NCBI GenBank assembly: GCA_050014495.1
Contig: JBEKDF010000001.1
Span: 64,001-128,000 of the forward strand
Direction of reading: 5' to 3'
Source of the DNA: Candidatus Bathyarchaeia archaeon
GTDB lineage: Archaea; Thermoproteota; Bathyarchaeia; TCS64
DNA length: 64,000 nt
In this document: one piece after another, positions 47,623 to 58,300 of the stretch
Position numbering within the stretch: the first letter of the stretch is position 1
Layout: every line of letters starts with the position of its first letter
Position numbers and translations under genes: made by a program
The notes under the pieces: model-generated
Told to the model about the DNA's origin: nothing
Seen by the model: only the letters and a program-made list of their open reading frames with translations
Database searches by the model: none

Positions 47623-48276
47623 ATGTCGGGGCACTCTAGCGTTCAGGACGTGGTACGGGTCATTGTGACCCGAAACCCGTACCTTTACCGCGGGTTAAGG
47701 ATGAGAGTAGTGAACTATAGTGCTCTCGCACGCTACATTCAAGGGGAGGTTCAGAGTGCCTTCGGCGACGAAGTAGATGCAAATACAATAGTCACGGCGA
47801 TCATGAGAGTGAGCAACCAGCTTATAGAACCCGAGGAGCCAAGAAGCCCATTGGCGGGCAGTAGGATTAATCTTGTGACTGGGATATCAGAGGTTCTGAT
47901 AAGAGCCCCACCCGTTAGACATACGGAGATCGTGGAGAAGATCGTGAAGCTGGGCGTCTTCGATAGCTACATGCTTAATCTTCACCAGACTCAGTTAGGA
48001 ATAAGACTATTCACTAACTCTAACGATGTTGGTAGGATCTCTGAGGAGTTGAAGACTGATGACGTTGAAATTAATAGTGGATACGCAGAGCTCCACCTCA
48101 GGATGCCCCCTGCGATGAAGGGTGTTGAGGGGTTGTTGACCATGATAATAGATGTCCTCTCCCAGAATGGAGTCCATGCAATAGAAGCAAATCTCGCTGG
48201 CGATGAGCTAAGACTCATTATAAGAGAAGACGATGCGGGTAGGGCCTTCGACTCGCTTAGGGCGATGTCGAGGTAG
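47623..48276 (+). CDS. Archaeal ACT-domain-containing regulator-like protein
   Basis: VNYSALAR..I..AI.R N-terminus, C-terminal ACT-like fold. Confidence 0.78.
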   Translation: MSGHSSVQDVVRVIVTRNPYLYRGLRMRVVNYSALARYIQGEVQSAFGDEVDANTIVTAIMRVSNQLIEPEEPRSPLAGSRINLVTGISEVLIRAPPVRHTEIVEKIVKLGVFDSYMLNLHQTQLGIRLFTNSNDVGRISEELKTDDVEINSGYAELHLRMPPAMKGVEGLLTMIIDVLSQNGVHAIEANLAGDELRLIIREDDAGRAFDSLRAMSR

Positions 48277-48548
48277 ACGAGCTTACTCATTAAAAGGCCA
48301 TCGAGAAGGAAAACAGCTCATGAATGGACGATGACCCTCGTCTTGGGTGGCGAAAAAAGGGAGCGCGAGGAGTTATGGGGAAAGGTAAAGATCGCCTTGG
48401 AGACGGGAGTCTGGGCGCACACTGGCCATTCAATGAGGCCCTAAGGTACACAGGATTTGAATGATCTAAGAAAGATTCCCTTTTATTAGGAGTATTTTTC
48501 TAAAATCACATTTAAGGTCAAGACACGGATTCGGGTTTGGATTGTCTC

Positions 48549-49706
48549 CTAAGCTAGTAGAATCGCAAGTATACCGATAGAGGACACGATGGCGGTGACT
48601 TCAAAGGTCGTTTCTAACCCCCAGATCTGTGCCACACCACCGAGGATTAGGGGGCTGACTACGTTACTCACATTGCCGAAGCTCGAGTAAACACCCATCG
48701 CCGCTCCCCTGTGTTCCGGCGAAGCCTCCTGAGTGACATAGACGTTCCCTGAGGTAAGGAATACGCCATAGGTGAACCCAAGAAGAGCGAGGATTAGGAG
48801 TAACGCCAACAATGTGGAGGACATCGCTAAGGCGAAATACAGGCATGAGGACAGGGCTAGGCTCAACGTTATGAGCGTTAACGCTGTCTTCCCACGGGAG
48901 ACTGCACCAGCTGGGAACCTGATGACTGTCGACACGAGTCCCCGAACGGTGAAACACAATCCAATTTCGGAGGATGTAAGTCCAATGAAGACCCCATATA
49001 GGGGGTAGAACGTGATAAGTGAAGAATACATCAATGTGTTCACGAAGTTGGAAACACCAGCAGCAAAGATTCGCGCGTCCGAGATCGCTTCCCTGAAGTT
49101 CACTTTACTGACTGCTTGCGTGTTCCTAACGACTTCCTTCCCAGAGAAGAAGAGGCAGACGAGACCTGCGAATCCAAGTAGGCTGCTAATCATGAAGGCG
49201 GCGTAGTAATTCCATGTGGAGGAGGCGAAACCTCCAAGAATGGGGCCGAGGGTGAAGCCGGATCCCATCATCGTCATGTAGAGCCCCTGTAGTAGAGCCC
49301 GCTGCTTTTTTGGGGCCGCCTCGGACACCCAGATAAAGCCGATGCTGAAGGTAGATCCCTGTGCTATACCGAGGAGGAGACGAGCACCCAAGAGGTGAAT
49401 GGGTTCCCGAGAGATCGTGTAGAGCAGTGGTACAGTGATGAAGAGGACATAACCTAGCATCATGACGCCACGTCGCCCAATCCGATCGGATATGCTACCA
49501 ATGGGTATGCTGAGGAGGACCATCGCCACTCCGACTGCGGAACCGTATATCCCGATCATCTCGAGATTGGCCCCGAGCCCCTCTGCAAAAGCGGGGAATA
49601 TGGGTATCACGACACTGTGACTCGCGTCCGCGAAGAATATGGCCACACAGACGACAACGACCCCCCAGAAACTGCGCCTCTCATCAAGGGATAGATCTGA
49701 GAGCAT
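48549..49706 (-). CDS. MFS transporter
   Basis: SDRIGRR motif A, about 12 TM segments, RGAAMG. Confidence 0.9.
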   Translation of the reverse strand: MLSDLSLDERRSFWGVVVVCVAIFFADASHSVVIPIFPAFAEGLGANLEMIGIYGSAVGVAMVLLSIPIGSISDRIGRRGVMMLGYVLFITVPLLYTISREPIHLLGARLLLGIAQGSTFSIGFIWVSEAAPKKQRALLQGLYMTMMGSGFTLGPILGGFASSTWNYYAAFMISSLLGFAGLVCLFFSGKEVVRNTQAVSKVNFREAISDARIFAAGVSNFVNTLMYSSLITFYPLYGVFIGLTSSEIGLCFTVRGLVSTVIRFPAGAVSRGKTALTLITLSLALSSCLYFALAMSSTLLALLLILALLGFTYGVFLTSGNVYVTQEASPEHRGAAMGVYSSFGNVSNVVSPLILGGVAQIWGLETTFEVTAIVSSIGILAILLA

Positions 49707-49886
49707 CTCACTGTAGGGTTGATAGAAGAGTTAAGAATCCTTGCCCCTGGCCTTCCTGCCTACTCTATAGTCACTCCTTGACCATAGCCCCCTCTAATTC
49801 TGAAAAGAGGAACTGGATGAGATGCATCGGAATAAGTACGGATCCAGGTACCCTTACCACGATAGCCTAATGTGCACGCGAAATGA

Positions 49887-49963
49887 TGGTGGGCCGGGCC
49901 GGACTTGAACCGGCGACCTCCGCGGTGTGAACGCGGCGTTCCACCAAGCTAGACTACCGGCCC
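49887..49963 (-). tRNA. tRNA-Val (anticodon CAC), CCA encoded, no intron
   Basis: Reverse complement GGGCCGG...CCGCG-TTCACAC-CGCGG...GGTTCAAGTCC...CCGGCCC-A-CCA folds as a cloverleaf. Confidence 0.96.
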
Positions 49964-50189
49964 ACAGCACCACTAGGGAACCCGACGCAATAAAATCCTT
50001 TTCGCCATCATAATATTCGCGACAGAGAACATTTTCGAGTGCGCGCTTACTAGATTAAACCGAAAACCGTTCAGTCTACGATTCGAAATGCACGCGCTCA
50101 ACGAATGAGAGATCAATCCGGCTTTTTTACTCAAAGGAATATCGTAGATAAGTTTAAAATATCTGAATGAGTTCCGCTAAGAGAACAAC

Positions 50190-50468
50190 ATGGTCGTAAA
50201 AGTCGCAACACCGGTCGAGATTGTCGACGGCATAAGCTTCCGTCTCAGGACCGACCAGATAGTTATCCTCGAAGGCCTGACCTTACCTGCTAAGAACACC
50301 GAACAGGAGAAGAAAGCAATGGCCAAGTTGGGTGAGCTGGTCTTAAAGAAAAAGGTCTCATTTGAAAGCCACAGCATAGACACCTTCGGCCGCACGAAGG
50401 CAGCTGTTAAGCTAGAGGATGGAACCGACATCAATAAGAAGATGGGAGAGTTCCTCGCCACACTATAG
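50190..50468 (+). CDS. Thermonuclease (SNase)-like OB-fold protein with degenerate active site
   Basis: V.IVDG..F, L.G...P, A...L..LV..K.V, D.FGR pattern. Confidence 0.65.
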   Translation: MVVKVATPVEIVDGISFRLRTDQIVILEGLTLPAKNTEQEKKAMAKLGELVLKKKVSFESHSIDTFGRTKAAVKLEDGTDINKKMGEFLATL

Positions 50469-50547
50469 AATCAACACAGGCGCAATAATCATTATACTCG
50501 TGGTTTCTCCCAGAAATCGTTAAACCCCCAACAACCACCATCCATCC

Positions 50548-51657
50548 ATGAGCGAGTTCAACCACCTGAGGACTAATGAACTTATATCAAGTCTTAGAAA
50601 AGACGGGTTCGACGCCCTAATACTTTTCCCAGGCCCAAACATGGCCTACTACACCGGCTTCAATATTGGATTAAGTGAGCGACTGGCTTCCGCTCTCATC
50701 CCGATGAACGGAAAACCCACATTTATCGTCAACAAGCTCGAGGAGGAGCTCCGGGGTCAGACACCCTGGTTTAAGGAGAAGGCCATCTGGCTCGAACAGG
50801 AGGACCCAATTGCCATCCTCGCGGAAACGATGAAGGATCGGGGCCTGGTCTCGGCGAAGATCGGTGTACCCGAGGATGCCCCATGGGGCTGGGTGAACAG
50901 GCTTCAAGCTGCTCTCCCAGGGGTACAGCTTGTTGATGTCTCAGACTATGTCAGCAATATACGTATGGTGAAAACGCCCCAGGAGCTTGAATGGATGACG
51001 ATGGCCTGCCATGTAGCTGACATGGCATTAGAGGCCAGTTTCAGTAAACTGCATACGGACATGACTGAGAAGGAGCTTAGCGAAACCCTCAGCGAGGAGA
51101 TGAGTAGACTCGGAGGAGGTCAGACTTTCACAGGTGTGCTCTTTGGAGAGCGGGCCGCGCTTCCGCATGGTAACCCGGGTGATAGACGCCTGAAACAGGG
51201 AGAAGCGATCCTAGTCGACATGGGCTGCACAGTAAATGGTTATTGGAGCGACATAACGCGAACAGTATTCTACGGTGAACCAAGCCTTAGGCAGAGAGAA
51301 CTATATGACATTGTCCTACGAGCCAATAGAGCAGCATTCGAGGCGGTGAGGCCAGGCGTTACTAGCCAGTCCGTCGACGAGGCCGGCAGGAAGATAATAG
51401 AGGACTCTGGGTACGGGAGATACTTCATTCACCGCCTCGGTCATGGCGTGGGTCTGCAGGTCCACGAAGCCCCATACATCGTACTTAACAACAGACTCAG
51501 ACTCGAGCCGGGCATGACATTCAGCGACGAGCCGGGTATTTACATTGTTGGTGAGCTTGGAATAAGGGTCGAGGACACCCTGGTCTGTACCCATACAGGG
51601 TGCGAGAGCCTCACCAAGTTCAATAGGAACTTTCTCACGTATCCAGTGAAGGACTAA
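50548..51657 (+). CDS. Xaa-Pro peptidase (M24 family)
   Basis: Creatinase-like N-domain, D..D (DMG, SDITRT), HRLGHG, EPG, RVED. Confidence 0.93.
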   Translation: MSEFNHLRTNELISSLRKDGFDALILFPGPNMAYYTGFNIGLSERLASALIPMNGKPTFIVNKLEEELRGQTPWFKEKAIWLEQEDPIAILAETMKDRGLVSAKIGVPEDAPWGWVNRLQAALPGVQLVDVSDYVSNIRMVKTPQELEWMTMACHVADMALEASFSKLHTDMTEKELSETLSEEMSRLGGGQTFTGVLFGERAALPHGNPGDRRLKQGEAILVDMGCTVNGYWSDITRTVFYGEPSLRQRELYDIVLRANRAAFEAVRPGVTSQSVDEAGRKIIEDSGYGRYFIHRLGHGVGLQVHEAPYIVLNNRLRLEPGMTFSDEPGIYIVGELGIRVEDTLVCTHTGCESLTKFNRNFLTYPVKD

Positions 51658-51661
51658 AGAT

Positions 51662-52012
51662 ATGGACTTCCTAGCCCCATCGACTATAGCAGGCGCTGTC
51701 CTCATTGCGCTGGGACTCTACTATATAATATTCTGGTGGAGCTACTGGAAGGTAAACTATAAGGGAAAACTAGTCACTGGGGGACCATATATGATCGTGA
51801 GGCACCCCTACTATCTCGGCTTTCTACTCCTGACTACCGGCCTAGTCGTCATCCTACCCCTCGTCGAGACCATAGGTCTCGCCCTTGTATCATGGGGCGT
51901 CATACTATCTCAGATAGGCAAGGAGGAGGAGGAGCTCATCAAGAAGTATGGTAGTAAGTATCGAGAATACCAGAAGCGAGTAAAGTGGCGCTTGATCCCC
52001 GGCTTGTATTAG
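51662..52012 (+). CDS. Isoprenylcysteine/phospholipid methyltransferase-family membrane protein
   Basis: LVTGGPY..VRHP.Y, EE..L...YG..Y..Y...V..RLIP. Confidence 0.85.
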   Translation: MDFLAPSTIAGAVLIALGLYYIIFWWSYWKVNYKGKLVTGGPYMIVRHPYYLGFLLLTTGLVVILPLVETIGLALVSWGVILSQIGKEEEELIKKYGSKYREYQKRVKWRLIPGLY

Positions 52013-52048
52013 CAACCGATTTCTATTCAACCAACTATAATCTCCACG

Positions 52049-52702
52049 ATGAGCGAACTCGTAGACTACTATAGACAGAGGGCAAAGGAGTATGAGGATG
52101 TCTACTACGGGACGGACCCCCACCGTCAGGAGGAGCAAGCTTTGATGGCGAATACTATGAAGACTTCACTTGCCAAACGAGATGTCCTCGATATAGCATG
52201 CGGCACAGGTTGGTGGGATCGAATCCTGTCAGAGACCGCCAAGAGTATAACGGGGCTCGATATAAACCGAGATGTACTCAAGATCGCCAAGACTAAGGAA
52301 TACATGTGTACAACGCGGTTCCAGGTCGGGGACGCTTATGAGCCACCCTACCAAAGTGCCAGCTTCGATGGAGCCCTCGCCACCTTCTGGCTCAGCCACA
52401 TCCCTAAGGCGAAGCTGCATGGATGGATCGATACCCTCCACAAGGTGCTGAAGCCTGGGTCGAAGATCTTCATTGCGGATAACACGAACATACCAGGCAT
52501 CGGGGGTCCACTAGTCACCAAAGAGGGGGATGAGAACACATACAAGCTCCGGACCCTCAAAGACGGCAGCCAGCACATGGTCCTTAAAAACTATTACTCG
52601 ACGAGTGAACTCATAGATATATTCGGGAGGCATGTGGAAGGCTTCAGTGAGGGAAACACTTTTCATGGTCACTGTTTCTATTGGGTTGATTACGAGATCT
52701 AG
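52049..52702 (+). CDS. Class I SAM-dependent methyltransferase
   Basis: [22 protein letters not shown]. Confidence 0.9.
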   Translation: MSELVDYYRQRAKEYEDVYYGTDPHRQEEQALMANTMKTSLAKRDVLDIACGTGWWDRILSETAKSITGLDINRDVLKIAKTKEYMCTTRFQVGDAYEPPYQSASFDGALATFWLSHIPKAKLHGWIDTLHKVLKPGSKIFIADNTNIPGIGGPLVTKEGDENTYKLRTLKDGSQHMVLKNYYSTSELIDIFGRHVEGFSEGNTFHGHCFYWVDYEI

Positions 52703-52860
52703 GTCTTCACCCTGAAGGCTTCCTTGGGAGCCCCACAGATAGGGCAGACCCAGTTATCGGGAACCTTCTCAAAAGGCGTGCCCGGAGCTATGCCGGATGG
52801 GGGGTCTCCCTCGGCAGGATCATAGATGTAACCACAAACAGTGCACTCATATTTTTCCAT
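52699..52860 (-). CDS. Rubredoxin
   Basis: Hand translation [20 protein letters not shown]...[13 protein letters not shown], 53 aa; not in ORF track. Confidence 0.96.
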   Translation of the reverse strand: MEKYECTVCGYIYDPAEGDPPSGIAPGTPFEKVPDNWVCPICGAPKEAFRVKT

Positions 52861-52953
52861 GAATAGAATCTAGCAACGCCCTGATTTAAAGGAGAGTGTA
52901 GGAGGGGAAGAGTCGGAGATTTGACTATTTAAAAAATTGAAGAGTGGAGTAGA

Positions 52954-53712
52954 TTACTCCTTGATGGCGCCGATGTCGTGGACCTCGACAGCTCCAAGGT
53001 ACATCTCGTTGAGCTGTGGGTGGTTCGCCAAGACTTCAGCACTACCAACGAAGGTAAACCTGCCTCCTCTCATCATGTATGCTTTGTCACCGACCTGAAG
53101 GGCGCGCTTAGCGCGTTGCTCGACTAGAACGATGGGTAAACCCGTTGTCTTAGCCATCTGCTCGAGCTGCCTCATGACGTCGTTGACTAGCTTAGGCATT
53201 AGTCCTGCGGTTGGTTCATCTACCATCATCAGTTTGGGGTCCCTCATTAGAACCATGCCCTCGGCGAGCATTTGGCGCTCACCACCGCTCAATGTGCCCG
53301 CTGCGCGTGGCATGTAGTCCTTGAGTCTTGGGAATAGGTTGAATACGAACTCGAGTTTATCGGAGTACATCTTGGTGTTGTTCACCGTGTAAGCCGCCAT
53401 CTTGAGGTTGTCCTCAACTGTTAGTTTGCTGAAGATGTTGCCTGTCTGGGGCATGTATCCTATACCCATCTTTGTCCTCTCATAGGGTGGGATCCTCGTT
53501 ATGTCCTTCCCTTGAAAGAAGACTTGCCCGGAGTATATAGTCGCGAGGCCCATTATTGCCTTCAGGAGAGTGGTCTTGCCGACGCCATTGGGGCCGACGA
53601 TAACAGTTACTTCACCATCTGGAACCTCGAAGTCCAGATCGTAGATAACGTGGATTGGGCCGTAGCCGACATTTAGTCCCTTAGTCTCTAGTATGTTACC
53701 CACATTACTCAC
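52954..53712 (-). CDS. livF: Branched-chain amino acid ABC transporter ATPase (LivF-like)
   Basis: GPNGVGKT, LSGGERQMLA, DEPTAGL.P. Confidence 0.88.
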   Translation of the reverse strand: MSNVGNILETKGLNVGYGPIHVIYDLDFEVPDGEVTVIVGPNGVGKTTLLKAIMGLATIYSGQVFFQGKDITRIPPYERTKMGIGYMPQTGNIFSKLTVEDNLKMAAYTVNNTKMYSDKLEFVFNLFPRLKDYMPRAAGTLSGGERQMLAEGMVLMRDPKLMMVDEPTAGLMPKLVNDVMRQLEQMAKTTGLPIVLVEQRAKRALQVGDKAYMMRGGRFTFVGSAEVLANHPQLNEMYLGAVEVHDIGAIKE

Positions 53713-54463
53713 CTAGGTACGACTCGATGACGCGTGGATCCTCGAAAACCTCTTCAGCTGTGCCCTCTATGACGAGTTGGCCACGGTCCATAGCGAATAC
53801 ATGGTCGGCGTATTGGGCAGCTACCTCTAGTCTGTGCTCTATGACAAGGAATGTAATTCCTAGCTCGTCGCGGAGTCTCAGGACGTGGTTGAATATCTGG
53901 TGGCAAAGCTTCGGGTCTATGCTACCAACTGGCTCGTCTAAGAGTATCGTCTCTGCGCCTGACATCAGTGTCCTGCCTATCTCCAAGAGTTTGAGTTCTC
54001 CCCCGCTCAGGGTGTTCGCGGGTTTGTTCCAGACATGTCTTAACCCGAGGACCCTGAGTAGCTCGGAGGCCCTCCGAACAGCACTTATCTCGCTATCTAT
54101 CCAGGTGGGCTTTGCGAGGGATTTAAAGAGGTTCTCCCCAGCGTTATCGGGGAGGGCGACGAGCATGTTCTCAAGGGTCGTGAGATGTAGGAATGGTGAG
54201 GCTATTTGGAAGGTCCTGACACAGCCCCTTCTCGCGATCTTGTACATCTCCTCGTGTGTGATCTCTTCGTCCCTGTAGTAGATTTTCCCTTCCTCGGGGT
54301 GAAATATGCCCGAGATACAGTTGGTTAATGTGGTCTTTCCGCAGCCGTTAGGGCCGACCAGAAGGTAGATTCCACCCTCCTTTAGGCCGATGCTGATGCC
54401 ATCGACGGCTGCGAAGTGACCGAAATACTTCCTCACGTTTTCGATTCTGAGAATCTCCGACAT
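53705..54463 (-). CDS. livG: Branched-chain amino acid ABC transporter ATPase (LivG-like)
   Basis: GPNGCGKT, RTFQ, LSGG, LLDEP, V.ESYLG. Confidence 0.88.
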   Translation of the reverse strand: MSEILRIENVRKYFGHFAAVDGISIGLKEGGIYLLVGPNGCGKTTLTNCISGIFHPEEGKIYYRDEEITHEEMYKIARRGCVRTFQIASPFLHLTTLENMLVALPDNAGENLFKSLAKPTWIDSEISAVRRASELLRVLGLRHVWNKPANTLSGGELKLLEIGRTLMSGAETILLDEPVGSIDPKLCHQIFNHVLRLRDELGITFLVIEHRLEVAAQYADHVFAMDRGQLVIEGTAEEVFEDPRVIESYLGE

Positions 54464-54585
54464 ACCAGCATCAACTAAACTACCTGTACCATGTACATAG
54501 TTTAAATAGTTTTGCAGAGAGCCTTTTAAGGCAAAAAGTTGATTCGAAAAAAACTATAGAAAAGAAAATTGAGGTTTTACGTGGT

Positions 54586-55917
54586 TTACGGTCCCGCTAT
54601 GTTGTATTTGAGGTTCGCCATCATTCCAGCGGAGTCCCAGGTCATGACCTTCGTGTCAGGGTTGTAGACCCCGGCAATGTAGGAGAAGCTAGCCTTAGTC
54701 GCACTAGGAGCGTAGTACCAGACGTTGAATGGTGGAGGAGCCCTGTCCCCGTACTCATTCAGTTGGCACCAGCCACCCGAACCCCATGTCGTATCGGATA
54801 TGGGAGTCTGGAGGCTGAGTACGTCCTTTCCGGCTATGCTCTGAGCCTGGATCTGGCTGTACGCACTGATGAACTCGATGTCGTAGGCATACGCGGAGTA
54901 TGCTGTGAACTGCTGCTTAGTGAGGGCCGTGTATTTAGCTGCCAACGCATCGAATTGGGAGGACTCTGGGGACTGTGCCATCATGCTGAAGCACCGCAGG
55001 TGATTCACCTGATCAGGAGCATCATCCATGCCACGCTGAGAGACAGCCGTGCCGTCACCACCGAAGCATGGGCACTTGTAGAAGTCCGCGTAGTCCTTAG
55101 CCTGGCTAGCGATCACTGGGAACTCGTCGAAGCTGAGGAGCAGGGTGCCGACGCGCTCGGGGTTACCACCGTTGGCTGCGATCGCGGCCGTTGCCGCGGT
55201 GTTGGCCTGCTGGAGGTAGTTCGAGAAGTCGGTCGCCTCTGTGGCGTATCTTATCGTCGTGCCTGCGAAGTTGCCGCCCTTAGCGGTCCAAGCTGGCGTG
55301 AAGAGGTTGACGATGCCATCACCCCAGGAGTCGCCACGCTGGAAAACTATCACCGACTTGATGCCGTAGCCCCACATCATGTCGACGAGGGCTGGCGCCA
55401 AGGCGCTGTCAGCGGGGCACATGCGGTAGAGGTAGTCGTTAGCGATGGCTAGGGTCGGGGAGGTTGAGCTGCTGCTCCACATGAGCATGTTGTTTGAGTT
55501 GCAGTAGCTTAGGCTCGCCTGAGCCTGGCTCGACCAGCCTCCACCCTGGAAGACGGTGTCACCGAGGGATAGGAATCCCTGCACCTTCTCTAGGTGGACG
55601 TTGTCCTGACCAGTGGCGTCCTCGAGTAGGTCTGTGAAGGTCGGGGCGCCCCAGTTGAGGGCCTGCATCTGTTTGTTGAGGTCTGGGAAACACATCGACT
55701 CCATTAGATACTTTCCTGTCTCTAGGGATGTTGTCGAAGATGCGATATAGCCTAGCTTGATTGTTTGACCCTTGAGGGGTAGCGCCGTTACAGTCTGAAC
55801 GGTCGTTGTGCCAACAGTTACAGTCTTTGAGGGTGCTGCGAAGTATCCTATGCCTCCGCCCACGATCAAACCTGCGACCAGTAGCACTATTGCTAGTGTC
55901 ATTCCTTTATCTGCCAA
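54586..55917 (-). CDS. ABC transporter substrate-binding protein (LivJ/K-like, N-terminal membrane anchor)
   Basis: N-terminal TM, Thr-rich linker, S..STSP.L...YLYR..P.D, YD motif. Confidence 0.88.
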   Translation of the reverse strand: MADKGMTLAIVLLVAGLIVGGGIGYFAAPSKTVTVGTTTVQTVTALPLKGQTIKLGYIASSTTSLETGKYLMESMCFPDLNKQMQALNWGAPTFTDLLEDATGQDNVHLEKVQGFLSLGDTVFQGGGWSSQAQASLSYCNSNNMLMWSSSSTSPTLAIANDYLYRMCPADSALAPALVDMMWGYGIKSVIVFQRGDSWGDGIVNLFTPAWTAKGGNFAGTTIRYATEATDFSNYLQQANTAATAAIAANGGNPERVGTLLLSFDEFPVIASQAKDYADFYKCPCFGGDGTAVSQRGMDDAPDQVNHLRCFSMMAQSPESSQFDALAAKYTALTKQQFTAYSAYAYDIEFISAYSQIQAQSIAGKDVLSLQTPISDTTWGSGGWCQLNEYGDRAPPPFNVWYYAPSATKASFSYIAGVYNPDTKVMTWDSAGMMANLKYNIAGP

Positions 55918-56162
55918 TTTTTACACCTTTGTTTGTCGCGATAGTAGACTTCGCCATACTATATTTAAGACTTAACATAATATGCCCTAAGACGCTAGAT
56001 CTTTAACTAGATCAACGAATTATCTCGATTCCACAAATATATATCGTGATCTTGTTAAAAATATTAGGATTAATAATCTATATTATACTTGATTTGCAAT
56101 AAGGTTCGATCAAATGAAAAATATTATAAACTTTACAAGTTGCAAAACTTAGCGGAGAAAAT

Positions 56163-57122
56163 ATGGATTTAACGATTTGGTATATGGCAATAACTTACGC
56201 TGCTGAACTTATGCTTCTAAGCATTGGTTTTACATTGACCTACCTAACAGCTAAGATTCCGAACTTCGCTCATGGGACTTACGCCGGTTTTGGAATCTAC
56301 GTCAGTTACACTCTTTCAAAGTTCTACCATGTTAATCCTTACCTCGGACTTCCATTAGCGTTTATCATCGGAAGCGGTGTCAGTATAGTAGTCTACAAGT
56401 TAGTTATTAGCACGCTAACGAAGATGGGGAGCGGTTCGATCGTTTTGACGATCGCCACGCTAGCAATTCAGATCTTCTTAGGTGCAATACTAAACATCTA
56501 TTCCTACATATTCATCGCGTTCTTTCATCAATACGCAACTGCTTTCCTCCTAAAGGAAGATGACTTCCATATAGGTGACGTTGCTGGAATCTTCTTCGTC
56601 TCGCTAATAATCAGCGTTATAGTCGTAATCATACTTCACTACATGCTCACAAGAACAAGGATGGGCATAGCCATGAGAGCGACAGCTGAGGACACAGAAC
56701 TCGCCTCAGTTCTTGGTATCAACATCAACTCCGTCCAACTCTTCTCCTGGTTCCTCACGGGTGGTCTCGCTTGCCTAGCAGGTGCTATGATCCCATTCTG
56801 GTTCCAAAGCAGTCCGACGACGGGCTCAGGAATCATCACTAGCATCATGGCGGGAAGCCTACTTGGCGGATTAGATAGCGTATACGGAGCCATTCTTGGA
56901 GGCTTTATAATAGGTATGTCAGAGATCATGCTGACGCTAGCAGGTCAGGTACTATTTGGCAACTGGTTTGGCGAATATAGACCACTAATCCCCATGTTCT
57001 TCCTCATCGCAGTACTACTGATCGAGCCCAGAGGCTTGCAAGGCTTCTGGGAGAATTATCAGAGGAGAAGATCGAAGCCAATTCCAAAGGAACCTGAAAA
57101 GAAGGAGGAGGCTAAGAAGTAA
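56163..57122 (+). CDS. livH: Branched-chain amino acid ABC permease (LivH-like)
   Basis: NFAHG, G.AMRA.A.D..LA..LGIN, LGGL. Confidence 0.88.
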   Translation: MDLTIWYMAITYAAELMLLSIGFTLTYLTAKIPNFAHGTYAGFGIYVSYTLSKFYHVNPYLGLPLAFIIGSGVSIVVYKLVISTLTKMGSGSIVLTIATLAIQIFLGAILNIYSYIFIAFFHQYATAFLLKEDDFHIGDVAGIFFVSLIISVIVVIILHYMLTRTRMGIAMRATAEDTELASVLGININSVQLFSWFLTGGLACLAGAMIPFWFQSSPTTGSGIITSIMAGSLLGGLDSVYGAILGGFIIGMSEIMLTLAGQVLFGNWFGEYRPLIPMFFLIAVLLIEPRGLQGFWENYQRRRSKPIPKEPEKKEEAKK

Positions 57123-58300
57123 TGTACACCAACATAGCTCTGGGAATACTAAGCTCAATGCCCGCTGCGATCCAGGGAATAGATAGGCTCGTTGTGGACA
57201 TTGCGATGTTTTTCGGCTTGCTAGTTATCGTTGCCATGGCCCTCAACTTCCAGTATGGTAACGCAGGCATCCCAAACATGGGGTGCGCAGTGCAGGTTAT
57301 CGTAGGCGCTTTCACAGTTAGCGGTATCGTGTTGAGGATCATGTTCATGGTAGCGGCAGCAGGAGGCTTGCCTCTAGATGATTGGAATGACCCGTTCAAG
57401 TTTATCTACAGCAACCCTTCAAACGTAAGGCTTGTCAATGGTCTCTTTGCTAGTGACGCTGTACTCGCAATGGGCTTCTTACTTTTAAGCCTCGGAATCG
57501 CTGTCCTGATGGGAGCCCTTACTGGCTATCTGCTTGCTCTGCCCGCGATCCGTCTGAGGGCTACTTATCTGATGATCGTCCTCATCACGGTCGCTGATGC
57601 GTCACAGATCTTCGGTAGAAACATTACAGGTATTTCGGGTGGGACTCTGGGAGTTTGGATCCCCAATGTCTTCGCCTGGTACCCCGGTGACATAGGTGTA
57701 GTAACGGCGGTTGTAACCCTGCTACTCGGCCTTATCAGCTTCTTCATATTCAGAACCATGCTTAATTCGCCCTACGGTAGATTGATGAGGTCTCTGAGGG
57801 AGAATGAGGTGACCTTAGCCAGCGTCGGCAAGAATGTTGTAGGAATCCGCCGAAACATCCTCATGTTTGCTTCGGGTATCACTGCGATAGCGGGTGTCAT
57901 GAACGCCTTCTACGTGCAATTCGTCAACCAATCAGACTACCAACGAGCCTACTGGACATATTGGCCTTGGTTGATGCTCATCCTAGGTGGACCTGGCAAC
58001 AACGCCGGAACCTTCCTAGGAGCGGCAATCGTCGTAGCATTAAGGAGACTAATCATCATATACAAGTTCCAGATACAGCAGTTCTTCTTCTTCCCAGTTT
58101 CCTACCTCGAGGACATCATCCTCGGTGGCCTCCTAGTCTTGGTGATGATTTTCAGGCCCAGCGGACTGATCCCTGAGAAACTACTTTACATTCCTGGCAT
58201 CAACTACGCAAAAATGGTAAAGGAAGAAGTAAAGGTAGACTGGCGCGCGGCACCGAAAGCAAGAGAAACGCATGTTGAAAAGAAGGAGGAGAAAAAGTGA
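57122..58300 (+). CDS. livM: Branched-chain amino acid ABC permease (LivM-like)
   Basis: LRA.YL.I, SPYGR..RS.RENE, LGG.GN..G, RPSGL. Confidence 0.88.
   Translation: MYTNIALGILSSMPAAIQGIDRLVVDIAMFFGLLVIVAMALNFQYGNAGIPNMGCAVQVIVGAFTVSGIVLRIMFMVAAAGGLPLDDWNDPFKFIYSNPSNVRLVNGLFASDAVLAMGFLLLSLGIAVLMGALTGYLLALPAIRLRATYLMIVLITVADASQIFGRNITGISGGTLGVWIPNVFAWYPGDIGVVTAVVTLLLGLISFFIFRTMLNSPYGRLMRSLRENEVTLASVGKNVVGIRRNILMFASGITAIAGVMNAFYVQFVNQSDYQRAYWTYWPWLMLILGGPGNNAGTFLGAAIVVALRRLIIIYKFQIQQFFFFPVSYLEDIILGGLLVLVMIFRPSGLIPEKLLYIPGINYAKMVKEEVKVDWRAAPKARETHVEKKEEKK

Noticed and set aside
49887..49963. tRNA-Val as a possible integration site
   Set aside because: No duplicated tRNA 3' end (att) and no integrase seen in the window
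54763..55452. 229-aa plus-strand ORF
   Set aside because: Antisense shadow of the GC3-biased substrate-binding protein gene; no motifs
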